NCBI GenBank assembly: GCA_963666735.1
Contig: OY762926.1
Span: 576,001-640,000, forward strand
DNA: 64,000 nucleotides
DNA from: Gemmatimonadota bacterium
GTDB lineage: Bacteria; Gemmatimonadota; Gemmatimonadetes; Palauibacterales; Palauibacteraceae
Reading direction: 5' to 3'
Shown here: positions 10,134 to 19,898 of the stretch, one piece after another
How the letters are laid out: each line of letters opens with the position of its first letter
How positions within the stretch are numbered: the first letter of the stretch is position 1
Notes under the pieces: model-generated
Seen by the model: only the letters and a program-made list of their open reading frames with translations
Told to the model about the DNA's origin: nothing
Databases searched by the model: none
Made by a program: the position numbers and the translations under genes

Positions 10134-10411
10134 GCGAGCCTTCGACGGAGTTCGAATTCGAGGAGGCGATGCGGGAGCTGGAACGGATCGTCGCACGCCT
10201 TGACCGGGAGGGCGTCGGCCTGGACGAGGCGGTCGCGCTCTTCGAGCAGGGGATCGAGCGTCTCGGCAAGGCTCGGCACTGGCTCGAGACGGCGAGCGGC
10301 CGGGTCGAGGCACTCATCGCGTCGTCCACGGGAAAGCTGGAAGCGACGCCGTTGGAAGGGGTGGAAAACCCGGGCGGCAAGCCGGAGGACCAGTCGGACG
10401 GCGAACCTTGA
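10130..10411 (+). CDS. xseB: Exodeoxyribonuclease VII small subunit
   Basis: FEEAMRELERIVARL...LDEAVALFEQG; follows xseA. Confidence 0.95.
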   Translation: MSEPSTEFEFEEAMRELERIVARLDREGVGLDEAVALFEQGIERLGKARHWLETASGRVEALIASSTGKLEATPLEGVENPGGKPEDQSDGEP

Positions 10412-11313
10412 CCCCGACGCTTGATGAGCTGCGCGCCGCCATCGACGCGGAGCTGGAGGGCTGGCTGTCCGAGACGTTGCAGGGGACGGACCCGATCGCG
10501 GAACCCATTCGGTACGCCGTCCTCGCAAAGGGGAAGAGGATCCGGCCCCTCCTGTTCGCCGGGGCCTGGGAAGCCGCGGGCGGCGTCAGGGGGCCGATCC
10601 CGGGGAACGGCGCCTCCGCGCTCCATCGCATGGCGCTGGGGCCCGAACTCGTCCACACGTATTCCCTGGTCCACGACGATCTCCCGTGCATGGATGACGA
10701 CGACCTTCGCCGGGGGCGGCCGACGGTGCATGTCCGGTATGGGGAGCGCGCCGCGGTCATGACGGGAGCGGCGCTGCTTCCGCTCGCGATCCGTGCCGTA
10801 GCGGAAGGGGCTGCGGGTCTGGGGCTGCCGGACCCTGTTGCGGGCCGACTCATCGGGATTCTCACCGCGGCGGCCGGCAGCGACGGAATGGTCGGAGGCC
10901 AACTCCTCGACCTCCTCGCCGAGAAGAAGCGCGTGAGCTTCGAAGCGCTCGCGCGGATCCATCTCGGCAAGACGGCTCGCCTCATCGCGGCCTGCTGCAC
11001 CATGGGCGGCGTCGCGGCCCGCGCGCCCGAGGAGACCGTCGATCGACTGACCCGCTTCGGGATCGCGATCGGGCTCGCATTCCAGACGGTGGACGATATC
11101 CTCGACGTGACGGGCTCCTCGAGCCGCATGGGGAAGATCGGCGGACGGGATGAAGCCCTGGGAAAGGCGACGACGCCATCGATCCTCGGCCTGGAAGGAG
11201 CGAGAGTACGCGCGGAACAGTTCGGCCGCGAGGCGCTCGGCGAGATCGCACCGCTCGCCGACCCGGACCGGCTGCGGAAAATCGTACGCATCGTCCTCGA
11301 CCGCGACCGTTGA
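10408..11313 (+). CDS. ispA: Polyprenyl synthetase (farnesyl/geranylgeranyl diphosphate synthase)
   Basis: GKRIRP, YSLVHDDLPCMDDDDLRRGRPT, GMVGGQ, FQTVDDILD. Confidence 0.95.
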   Translation: MTPTLDELRAAIDAELEGWLSETLQGTDPIAEPIRYAVLAKGKRIRPLLFAGAWEAAGGVRGPIPGNGASALHRMALGPELVHTYSLVHDDLPCMDDDDLRRGRPTVHVRYGERAAVMTGAALLPLAIRAVAEGAAGLGLPDPVAGRLIGILTAAAGSDGMVGGQLLDLLAEKKRVSFEALARIHLGKTARLIAACCTMGGVAARAPEETVDRLTRFGIAIGLAFQTVDDILDVTGSSSRMGKIGGRDEALGKATTPSILGLEGARVRAEQFGREALGEIAPLADPDRLRKIVRIVLDRDR

Positions 11314-11320
11314 GCGGCCG

Positions 11321-12217
11321 GTGACGTTCTTCATCATCGGCAACGCCGACCACCCGGAACTGGAGCCGCTTCTCCACCGCGTCGAGCGGAAAGCGGATGA
11401 GCTCGGTGTCTCTCTCGTCTTCGAGCCGTCGCTCGCGCTGAAGGCCGGATGCGACTCCGCCTCGCTGGAGGAGATCGAAGGGGAGGTCACCCTCGTGCTG
11501 GTCCTCGGCGGGGATGGTACGTTGCTGCGGGCGGCTCGTCTGGCGGCGCCCCGCGGGATTCCCGTGCTGGGCTGCAACCTGGGCCGGCTGGGGTTTCTCA
11601 CGATGGTGTCGGAGGATGAACTCGAGGCGGCGATGTCGATGGTGGCGAGCGGGGACTACGCGCTCGAGAGGCGGATCGCCCTCCGCATCCGGGTGGTTCC
11701 GCACGGACCCGACGGGCCGGACGAGCGGAGCTTCTACGCGATCAACGACGCGGTCATTCACAAGAGCGGCTTCGCCCGCCTGATCGGGCTGCGCGTGCTG
11801 GCCGATGACGATGAAGTGGGACACTACAGCGCGGATGGCATCATCCTCGCCACGGCCACGGGCTCGACCGCCTACAGCCTCTCCGCGGGCGGCCCCATCG
11901 TCTCCCCGACGATGGATGGCATCGTCGCCACGCCGATTTCGCCGCACACGCTCGCCGTGCGCCCGGTCGTGTTTTCGGGAGACACGAGGATCTCCGTCGA
12001 ACTCCTCTCGGGCGACCACGACCTGCAACTGACCGTCGACGGACAGCCGGGTTGTCTTCTTTCGGTCGGGGACCGCGTGGAAGTCTCCCGCTCGCGGCAC
12101 GCCGTGGGTCTGGTCCGGCTGCCCTGCCATTCGTTCTTCACCGTACTCAGGCGGAAGCTGCGGTGGGGCGATGTCCGCCAACACCCAACGCCCCCGTCCG
12201 GGGGGGAAGGGGAATAG
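11321..12217 (+). CDS. nadK: NAD kinase
   Basis: GGDGTLL, NLGRLGFL, INDAV, DGIILATATGSTAYSLSAGGP. Confidence 0.95.
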   Translation: MTFFIIGNADHPELEPLLHRVERKADELGVSLVFEPSLALKAGCDSASLEEIEGEVTLVLVLGGDGTLLRAARLAAPRGIPVLGCNLGRLGFLTMVSEDELEAAMSMVASGDYALERRIALRIRVVPHGPDGPDERSFYAINDAVIHKSGFARLIGLRVLADDDEVGHYSADGIILATATGSTAYSLSAGGPIVSPTMDGIVATPISPHTLAVRPVVFSGDTRISVELLSGDHDLQLTVDGQPGCLLSVGDRVEVSRSRHAVGLVRLPCHSFFTVLRRKLRWGDVRQHPTPPSGGEGE

Positions 12218-12220
12218 CGG

Positions 12221-13885
12221 GTGTTGAGGGAGCTTCGGGTTCGGAACTTTGCCGTCGTCGAGGAAGCCACGCTTGAATTCGGACCGGGCCTCAGCGTGCT
12301 CAGTGGCGAGACCGGGGCGGGGAAATCCATCCTCGTTGAAGCGCTCGCGCTCCTCGTCGGAGGGCGACCGTCCCAGGACATGATCCGGGCGGGAGCTGGA
12401 ACCGCCCGCATCGAGGGCCGCTTCGAGATCGAGGACGTCGACGGACTGCGGGCGCTGTGCGAGGACGCAGGTGTCGACCGGGAAGATGGCTGGCTCATTC
12501 TGTCTCGCGAGTTGCGTCGCGAGGGGCGGCACCGGGCATGGGTCAACGGCTCACCGTCCACTACGGGAAGGCTGCGTGAGTTCGGGGTTCGGCTGCTCGA
12601 CCTCCACGGACAGCACGATCACCAGCGGCTCCTGGACCGCGCGTGGCAGCGGCGGATTCTGGACGCCCATGGCCGGCACGAGGCGCTGGCCGAGCAGACG
12701 GTGGCCGCCTACGGAGGCTTGCGGGCCATCGAGGGACGCCTCGAGGACACGCGCCGCGCCGCGCGCGAGGGGCGTGAACGCGCGGACTACCTGCGCTTCA
12801 AGCGGGACGAGATCGCCGGGGCCGGGCTCGATCCGCACGAAGATGAGGCGCTCGAATCGGAAGCCCGCCGCCTCTCGCATTCCGAAGAGTTGATCGAACT
12901 CTCGGGTTCGCTCCACCACGGGCTGTACGAAGGCGAGGGGTCGATCGTCGACCAGTTGGGCGAGTTCGCGGCCCGCCTCGAGGCGCTCGTCGCGATCGAC
13001 CGCGAGGCGGGTCCCTTCCGCGACCTGCTCGAGGCCGCGCTCCACAACGTGGAGGAACTCGGGCGGAACCTCGCTCCGTACCGGGACTCGATCGAGCACG
13101 ACCCTCGACGGCTCGACGAGATCCGCGTCCGGCAGGATCTCCTCTACCGGCTCAAGCGCAAGTACGGCGGCACCCTGGAAGAGGTGATTGGCGCGGGCGA
13201 GGAAGCCCGGCGTGAGTTGGAGACCGTGCGGGGAGCCGATGACGAGATCGAGCGCCTCGAAGCGGTCCGGGAGGCCGCGTCCGTCGAACTGGCCGCGCTG
13301 GCGTCGGAACTCTCCGAACGGCGCCGCGAAGCGGCCCGCGCGCTCGCCGAAGCCGTGACGGCCGCGCTCCCGGAGCTCGGGCTCCGGGGGGGGCGACTCG
13401 AGATCAGGCTCGACGCCTATGGCGAGATCAGGGGGACCGGCGCCGAACGGGTGGAGTTTCTCGTCTCCCTGAATCCGGGTTTCCCTCCGGCGCCGTTGCG
13501 GCGCGTCGCTTCCGGGGGCGAGATGAGCCGCCTCATGCTCGCGCTCGAGACCGCCCTCATCGAAGTGGACGACTTGCCGGTGCTCGTGTTCGACGAGATC
13601 GATGCGGGGATCGGGGGCGAGGTGGCGCACCGCGTGGCGGCCCGGCTCGTGCGGCTTTCGGCCGCGCACCAGGTGCTCGTCGTCACGCACCTCGCGCAGA
13701 TCGCGGCGCGCGCCGATGCCCACTACTCCATCGGCAAGGTCACGGAAGCCGACAGCGCGCGGACGTCGGTCCGGGTGCTCACCGGCGGCGAACGCGTCCA
13801 CGAAGTCGCCCGCATGCTCGGAGGCGACCCCGCCAGCCGCGCCTCGCGCGCCCATGCCGAGGAGTTGCTCGCGGGCCAGTTGTGA
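12221..13885 (+). CDS. recN: DNA repair protein RecN
   Basis: Walker A SGETGAGKS, ASGGEMSR, Walker B FDEIDAGIGG, THLAQIAA. Confidence 0.97.
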   Translation: MLRELRVRNFAVVEEATLEFGPGLSVLSGETGAGKSILVEALALLVGGRPSQDMIRAGAGTARIEGRFEIEDVDGLRALCEDAGVDREDGWLILSRELRREGRHRAWVNGSPSTTGRLREFGVRLLDLHGQHDHQRLLDRAWQRRILDAHGRHEALAEQTVAAYGGLRAIEGRLEDTRRAAREGRERADYLRFKRDEIAGAGLDPHEDEALESEARRLSHSEELIELSGSLHHGLYEGEGSIVDQLGEFAARLEALVAIDREAGPFRDLLEAALHNVEELGRNLAPYRDSIEHDPRRLDEIRVRQDLLYRLKRKYGGTLEEVIGAGEEARRELETVRGADDEIERLEAVREAASVELAALASELSERRREAARALAEAVTAALPELGLRGGRLEIRLDAYGEIRGTGAERVEFLVSLNPGFPPAPLRRVASGGEMSRLMLALETALIEVDDLPVLVFDEIDAGIGGEVAHRVAARLVRLSAAHQVLVVTHLAQIAARADAHYSIGKVTEADSARTSVRVLTGGERVHEVARMLGGDPASRASRAHAEELLAGQL

Positions 13886-13950
13886 CGGCAGCCCGGCCCG
13901 GGCCCTGCCCGGCCGGGATGGCAGGAAGGTGCTGGCTAGCTTAGCTATAG

Positions 13951-15612
13951 CTAGAAGATGTTGATCGGGAAGCGGAGTTCGGCCCCGTAGCGGAAGGAGG
14001 CCGGCGTTCGCCCCCCGGAGCCCGAGATCGCGCGGCGCAACGAGATGCCGAACTGCCATGCTCCGCGCACAGGTCTTGCCCCCTCATGCAGTTCCTCGAC
14101 GCTCCCTGCTTCGGACAGGTCGATGAGGAGCCCGATTCCCATCCGATGGCGGGTTTGCGCTCCCTCCGCCGCTACCGTGTTCGGGTCCAGCCCCTCGATC
14201 GCCCCGACGAACTGGTAGGTGGGCGCCTGCAGCCGGAAGTAATCGTACTCGATCCCCACGCTGAGGGCGGCGTTGAAGCGAAGGGAAGGGCGAACCAGAA
14301 CCGCGAGGTAGTCTCCCAGATCGCGCCGCATCAGCGCGACCAGGTCTTCCTGGCCGTAGGGGCGATCCGGAGGGTTGAAGCGGATCACCGCCTCGTCGGG
14401 GCGCTGCAACCCGTAGCGGGCGGAAGCGCGGATCATGAAGAGGCTCCCGAGGGCGATGTCCTGGTACAGCGCCAGTTCGATGTCGGTTTGGCCGTCCCCG
14501 ATCGGCAGGTCCGACGAGTTCGACGGGTCTCCGAAGATCGTGAGGTTGCGGTTTCGGATAGGGAGTCGGGCCAGTCCGCCCACGCTCGTGCGGAACCGAA
14601 TGCCGCGTTCTGAAGCCGCGCCGGGATCGGACCCCGCTTCCGCACCCCCGGCCGGCCCCGGGATCGGCGTTCGGCGCGTGATGCCGTCGATCAGGTTCAC
14701 GCGCACGAAGACTTCGACCTCTCCCAGATCGAGTTCGTTTCTGCTGTCTCGCGGCAGTCGATCGGCGAGGCCCTGACTCAGGAACAACGTGTTGAAGTCG
14801 TCCTCGGTCGCGAACTCGGGCAGTGAAAGCTCCGGCAGAGCCAGGCCGAGGGCGTCGAACGCCGCCGCGAAGTCCGAGAATCGCCGCGCCATTTGGGTCC
14901 CCGCCGCGCTGGAAGCGGTGGGAATCAGGCTTCCGGCTGCGGCCCGCTGCCGCAGCGTGTTGATGAAGTTCCGCGTCGCCTCCCGGAGCGCGATCGCTTC
15001 CTCGAGGGCGGTCCCCGTAAGAGAGCCGCCGTCGATCAGCGAACCGAGATCGTCGAGCGCCGACCGCGAATCCAGGACAAAGGGCGCACCGGACTCGAAG
15101 GCCGCGACGTTACCGGTCACCGTCGCGGTGGAATCGAAGGCGAAGCCCACGGTCATGTCCGTGAGAGTGAAGGGAACCCGGGCTCCCACGCTTACCCAGT
15201 CGAGGACACCCATCTCGACGCCGAGCCCGAGCCGGCGCACCTGCGCCCGCATCGCGGAAAAGTCCAGCCCGCCGAACGAAAAGTCGTCCTCGGTCACGGG
15301 GTCGAAACCGAGCGCCTCCGCATCGTCGTTGAATCCCTGGATGAGAGCGAAGGGGGGAGGGAACATGCGGCGGGCGAGCGGGCCGTCGAAGTGGGCGGCA
15401 AGCGGCTCGCGCTCGCCGTCGGCGATCCCCGCGCTCGAGTCGAGGGCGAACTGCTCGGACCAGTTCAGCAGGGTCGGCTGAACGGTGAGCCACAGATTCC
15501 CCTTCCGCGGCAGTCGCGCGTCGCTGAACTGCCCGGCCAGTTGGACGGGAGCCATGGCCGTGGCGACGAGGGCGAGAAGGACCGGAAGGGCGCGTCGGAT
15601 CTGCGGGAGCAT
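13951..15612 (-). CDS. Hypothetical exported protein, probable outer-membrane beta-barrel
   Basis: Signal peptide MLPQIRRALPVLLALVATAMAPVQLAG, amphipathic strands and C-terminal YGAELRFPINIF. Start reassigned from 16275 because the longer frame would overlap tRNA-Cys. Confidence 0.7.
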   Translation of the reverse strand: MLPQIRRALPVLLALVATAMAPVQLAGQFSDARLPRKGNLWLTVQPTLLNWSEQFALDSSAGIADGEREPLAAHFDGPLARRMFPPPFALIQGFNDDAEALGFDPVTEDDFSFGGLDFSAMRAQVRRLGLGVEMGVLDWVSVGARVPFTLTDMTVGFAFDSTATVTGNVAAFESGAPFVLDSRSALDDLGSLIDGGSLTGTALEEAIALREATRNFINTLRQRAAAGSLIPTASSAAGTQMARRFSDFAAAFDALGLALPELSLPEFATEDDFNTLFLSQGLADRLPRDSRNELDLGEVEVFVRVNLIDGITRRTPIPGPAGGAEAGSDPGAASERGIRFRTSVGGLARLPIRNRNLTIFGDPSNSSDLPIGDGQTDIELALYQDIALGSLFMIRASARYGLQRPDEAVIRFNPPDRPYGQEDLVALMRRDLGDYLAVLVRPSLRFNAALSVGIEYDYFRLQAPTYQFVGAIEGLDPNTVAAEGAQTRHRMGIGLLIDLSEAGSVEELHEGARPVRGAWQFGISLRRAISGSGGRTPASFRYGAELRFPINIF

Positions 15613-15694
15613 CGCGCGAGTATAGCAGTCCGGGGCGCGATGGAGAACCTTCACTTTCCCCCATGTGGCCGCTCCATTAGGCTGTGCAAACTCC

Positions 15695-15765
15695 GGCGCC
15701 GTGGCCGAGTGGTTAGGCAGGGGCCTGCAAAGCCCCCTACTCCGGTTCGAATCCGGACGGCGCCT
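15695..15765 (+). tRNA. tRNA-Cys(GCA)
   Basis: GGCGCCG/CGGCGCC acceptor stem, anticodon arm GGGGC-CTGCAAA-GCCCC, T loop GGTTCGAATCC; CCA not encoded. Confidence 0.97.
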
Positions 15766-15834
15766 TTTTCCTGGCGGCTTTGCCGGCTGCCATGCTCTCC
15801 GGCGAGAACGGGAGGAGAACGGGAGGAGAATGGG

Positions 15835-16951
15835 TTGGCTCTCAAGCTGAAAGCGGACCAGGTTCTCCTGCTCCTTTTGGTCTTCGTTCCCATCACGCTG
15901 GTTCTCGAGTACGTCTTCCACGCGTCGGGGACCACGCTCTTTCTTGCCTCCGCGGTCGCGATCGTTCCCCTCGCCGGGATCATGGGGAAATCCACCGAGA
16001 TGCTTGCCGAGCACGTGGGCGCCGGTCTCGGAGGGCTGCTGAACGCGACGTTCGGGAAACGCCGCGGAACTCATCATCGCGATCTTCGCCCTCAGGGCGG
16101 GCCTGTACGACCTGGTGAAGGCGTCGCTCACGGGCTCGATCATCGGGAACATCCTCCTCATCTTCGGGCTGAGCGCGCTGCTCGGCGGCCTGAAATTCCG
16201 CAAGCAGGTCTTCAACCGGACGGCGGCCAAGCTGGGCTCCACGCTCCTTCTCCTGAGCGCGGTCGGACTCGTCATTCCGTCGCTGCTTCACTTTCTCCGG
16301 GACGGGGCGGAATCGGGGGCGGCAGCGGCGACGGGGGCGGGAGCCGGATCGGGCTCGCTGAGCCTCGAGATCTCCGTCGTCCTCATCGTCTGCTACATCC
16401 TCTCGCTCGTCTTCGCGCTGCGGACGCACGCGGAGCTCTACCAGGGGACGGCGCACGCCGATGGCGAGACGCACGCGGCGGCCGCGTGGTCGAAGGGCAA
16501 GTCGTTCGCGGTCCTCGTCGCGGCGGCCGCCCTCGTGGGCTGGATGAGCGAGATCCTCGTCGGCGGGGCGGAGGAGGCGGCCCACGCCCTGGGGATGACC
16601 GAGGTCTTCGTCGGCGTGATCGTCGTCGCCCTCGTCGGCAACGCGGCGGAACACTCGACCGCGGTGCTCGTCGCGCTTCGGAACAAGATGGACCTGTCGA
16701 TTCAGATCGCGGTGGGGTCGTCCCTCCAGATCGCCCTCTTCATCGCTCCGCTCCTCGTCTTCCTTTCCTACGCGATCGGGCCGGCGCCGATGGACCTCGT
16801 CTTCTCCCCGCTCGAAGTCGTGGCCGTCGCGGTCTCCGTCCTCGTGGTGGGACAGATCGCCGATGACGGCCAGACGCACTGGATGGAGGGCGTGCTCCTC
16901 CTCGCCGTGTACGTCGTGCTCGGGTTCGCCTTCTTCAACCTCCCCGGCTAG
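15835..16951 (+). pseudogene. Calcium/proton exchanger (ChaA/CAX family), frameshifted
   Basis: From TTG 15835 it reads ...GGLLNATFG, then one extra base at 16054-16060 (GGGAAAC). The +1 frame continues [35 protein letters not shown]. Confidence 0.85.
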
Positions 16952-17208
16952 AACCCGCGGCCTCGGCGTCGCCGCCGGGCCTGACGCAAAGCAACGATTC
17001 TCCAACCCGTCGCGTCTCAGTGTTGCGAAACCGCGGAATTTTCGACCGTTCCGCGGGGTCGGGTCTGACGGGAGCACTGAAGCCGGGGCGGCGGATCACC
17101 CTCCTGTGGCAGGGACGACGTAGGGATGAAGCGGTAGTACCGAAGTGGTCGCGCGCGCCCCGGCCTCACTCCCCGATGGGGACGAGTTCCAATGAACAAG
17201 AGTGGGTT

Positions 17209-17640
17209 CTATCGCCCGTCGTTGCCGTAGATCTCCTCACGACTGCATCGGAATCCTTCGGGCCATGGCCCGAAGTCGTGCGGCGTGAAGATGTCGTCGA
17301 TGGACACGGGCAAGACCGGTTCCGCCTCGATCGCGGCACGGGTGGTGTCGCCGTCCGCCGGCTCCGAACCTCGCACGAAGGTCAGGGTTTCTGCTTCCAG
17401 ATTCACGGATTTCGTCCTCCATCCCGCTGCCGTCCAGGCAAGGGCGTGGCTGTGACCGCCGCTCCGGCCGGGATTCGACCACCACGGGCGATGTACGCGC
17501 GCGGAAGGCGGTAGCTCGAAGCCGAGTATTCTCTCAAGCTCGGCGAAGGTGGTGCGCCACGCTCCTCCGACTCGAACGCTCAGGTGAGTGTAGAGGGGCG
17601 CGTACTTGCCACGCGCCGCCGCCTCCCGTACGAGGACATT
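17209..17640 (-). pseudogene. DUF7662-like domain fused to an antitoxin-like tail; no in-frame start codon before the domain
   Basis: Manual translation: REAAARGKYAPLYTHL...TFAELERILGFELPPSA..PWWSN..SHALAWTAAGW..VNLEAETLTFVR...HDFGPWPEGFRCSREEIYGNDGR*. Confidence 0.65.
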
Positions 17641-17941
17641 ACGAGGTTCGCTCGGGGTCTCCCTGACGGTGATCGAGGAGTTGTTCGGTGAACGCCTGTC
17701 GCTCGGCGATCTGTCCTACCTGGTCCTGCAGGTCGGAAAGCGTCCGGAGGAGGCGGTCGTTCACCGCCGGACCCGGCAAGGCCTCCCTCACCCCGCTGGC
17801 GAGCCGGTCCGCCCGCTCTCGCGTGGCCTGTTCGAGAAAATAGCCCAGCTTGCGAGAGATCGGGAAGAGTACGATGCCGCCGGTGATGATCAGCACGATC
17901 GTGGAGACGAACGCGAAGACGACGACCAGGTCCAAGTCCAT
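17639..17941 (-). CDS. Small single-TM coiled-coil hypothetical protein
   Basis: AGGAG SD, hydrophobic N-terminus, C-terminal QIAERQAFTEQLL helix. Confidence 0.75.
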   Translation of the reverse strand: MDLDLVVVFAFVSTIVLIITGGIVLFPISRKLGYFLEQATRERADRLASGVREALPGPAVNDRLLRTLSDLQDQVGQIAERQAFTEQLLDHRQGDPERTS

Positions 17942-18167
17942 GCCAAGTCTCCTGGATCTCGGGTGAGGGTTCGGGCCGGTATCCGCCCGCGACGCGATAC
18001 GTGACGCGGACGGATACGGTGCTGACGGGAGAACGACGCTCGGAGTTTCGCGGGAGGGACCCGTGATGGCCAGACGTTACGGACTCCGGAGGTGTGGGTA
18101 TGGCTTGTCGGCCCGTGAATCACCCCGCAGTGTGATCCTCTGACGTTAACCCGGCCAGGAGGCGAGC

Positions 18168-19838
18168 GTGTCGGACGACTTCGGAAGGATCGGAAGGAAA
18201 GGCGCGGGGGCGGAGAGCGGGATGCGGCGACGAGGCTTTCTGAAGGCCGCGGCGGCGGCGACCGCGGCGGGGGCTCTGAATCCCCGGACGCTCGTCGCCG
18301 ATCCCACAGGGACCTCCCCCGCCCCCGGCGCGACGGGGCTGCGGGAACTGCGTGAAGCCGTTCAGGAGGAGGTCATCCCCCTCGGCAACGGGGAGCCGCC
18401 GGCCCTCCAGTTCCAGGCGTATCCGGGCGGGACGGGAGCGCTGCTGGAGAGGTACTGGCGCGCCGGGATGAATCCTTTCGAGAAGACATCGATCGAGGTC
18501 GAACCCTGGGAGGGACCCGTACCCTCGGCGGAGGAGGAGATCGCCTTCCTCCCGGTGCACCGGCTGTCGGCTCTCGTGAAGGAGCGCCGGGTCTCGCCGA
18601 CGGAACTGTTCGACATCTACATGGAGCGCATGAAGCGGTACGACCCCCTGCTGCTGTGCGCGGTGACGATCCTTGAGGACCGGGGCAGGGAAGAGGCGGA
18701 GCAGGCGGAAGCCGAGATCCGCGCGGGCGAGTGGCGCGGCCCCCTGCACGGGATCCCCTACGGCGTGAAGGACCTCTTCTCGACCGCCGGGGCGCGGACG
18801 ACTTGGGGCTCGGCGGCCTTCCGGACGCAGATGATCGAGGAGGATGCGGAGGTCGTGCGCCGGCTGAACGCGGCGGGTGCGGTGCTCATCGCCAAGCTCG
18901 CGACGGGAGAGTTCGCGCGGGGCGACCGCTGGTACCGCGGCCGGACGCTGAATCCGTGGAACCCGGCGTGGGGTTCGAGCGGGTCTTCCGCCGGGCCGGG
19001 GTCGGCGACGGCGGCCGGTTGTGTCGCGTTCTCCATCGGGACCGAGACGCGCGGGTCCATCGTCTCCCCGAGCCGCCGCAATGGGCTGAGCGCCCTCCGT
19101 CCCACCTTCGGGCGCGTGAGCCGCTACGGGGGCATGGTGCTCTCGTGGAGCATGGACAAGACGGGCCCCATGTGCCGCACGATCGAGGACTGCGCGCTCG
19201 TGTTCAACGAGATCCACGGCGCGGACGAGAAGGACCCCGCCTCCCTCACGACGCCGTTCCGTTTCGAGCGGAACCCGGACCTGGGCGCGCTCTCGATCGG
19301 GTACACGGAGGACGCGCCGCACTCCTTCATCGAGAAGCTAGAGGAACTCGGGGCGCGGCCGCGGCTCATGCGCGAACTGCCCGCCCAGTCGGCGAGTGCG
19401 CTGGGTGCCGAGTCGTCGTCGGCCTTTGACTTCCACGTGGCCCCGGGCGGGGAACTGCCCCCGGTGCCGGAGGGGCTCAGCGAGGCGGAGGAGCGTGACT
19501 TCACGCGCTTCCGGCGGGGGCGCGAGGGTCTGGCGATGGACTACGTGCACGCGCAGCGGCGGCGCCACATCGTGATGAAGCGCATGGCCGGGGCGATGGA
19601 GGGCTTCGACATGTTCGCCACCGGGTCGGGGGAGGTGGGACTCACGAACGAGACGGGACACCCCGCGGCGGTCGTCCAGTACGGCTTCGGCCCGCTCGGG
19701 CCCGAGGGCGAGGAGGCGGAACAACCCCTGACGACGACCTTGATCGGCGACCTGTTCGCCGACGACAGGATTCTCAGCGTCGCGCATGCCTTCCAGGCGG
19801 CGACGGACTGGCATACGCGCCACCCGGCACTCGACTGA
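18168..19838 (+). CDS. Amidase-signature enzyme with Tat signal
   Basis: RRRGFLK Tat motif; GPLHGIPYGVKD, GSSGSSAG, GTETRGSI, LRPTFGRVSRYG. Confidence 0.92.
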   Translation: MSDDFGRIGRKGAGAESGMRRRGFLKAAAAATAAGALNPRTLVADPTGTSPAPGATGLRELREAVQEEVIPLGNGEPPALQFQAYPGGTGALLERYWRAGMNPFEKTSIEVEPWEGPVPSAEEEIAFLPVHRLSALVKERRVSPTELFDIYMERMKRYDPLLLCAVTILEDRGREEAEQAEAEIRAGEWRGPLHGIPYGVKDLFSTAGARTTWGSAAFRTQMIEEDAEVVRRLNAAGAVLIAKLATGEFARGDRWYRGRTLNPWNPAWGSSGSSAGPGSATAAGCVAFSIGTETRGSIVSPSRRNGLSALRPTFGRVSRYGGMVLSWSMDKTGPMCRTIEDCALVFNEIHGADEKDPASLTTPFRFERNPDLGALSIGYTEDAPHSFIEKLEELGARPRLMRELPAQSASALGAESSSAFDFHVAPGGELPPVPEGLSEAEERDFTRFRRGREGLAMDYVHAQRRRHIVMKRMAGAMEGFDMFATGSGEVGLTNETGHPAAVVQYGFGPLGPEGEEAEQPLTTTLIGDLFADDRILSVAHAFQAATDWHTRHPALD

Positions 19839-19872
19839 CACTGGACTGACACTGGACGGACACTCGACGGAC
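19833..19872 (+). repeat. 11-bp tandem repeat (GACTGACACTG) x~3.5
   Basis: gactgacactg gactgacactg gacggacactc gacggac. Confidence 0.8.
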
Positions 19873-19898
19873 GGGGACCCTCGGAGGACGGAGGACCG

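Noticed and set aside
16054..16060. GGGAAAC as a programmed -1 frameshift heptamer
   Set aside because: It is not in X-XXY-YYZ phase with the upstream frame, and the gene needs a +1 shift, not -1.
15613..16275. N-terminal extension of ORF 13951..16275
   Set aside because: It overlaps tRNA-Cys and the antiporter on the other strand; the signal peptide begins at 15612.
19833..19872. Possible CRISPR array from short repeats
   Set aside because: The units are 11 bp with no spacers, and no cas genes occur anywhere in the window.
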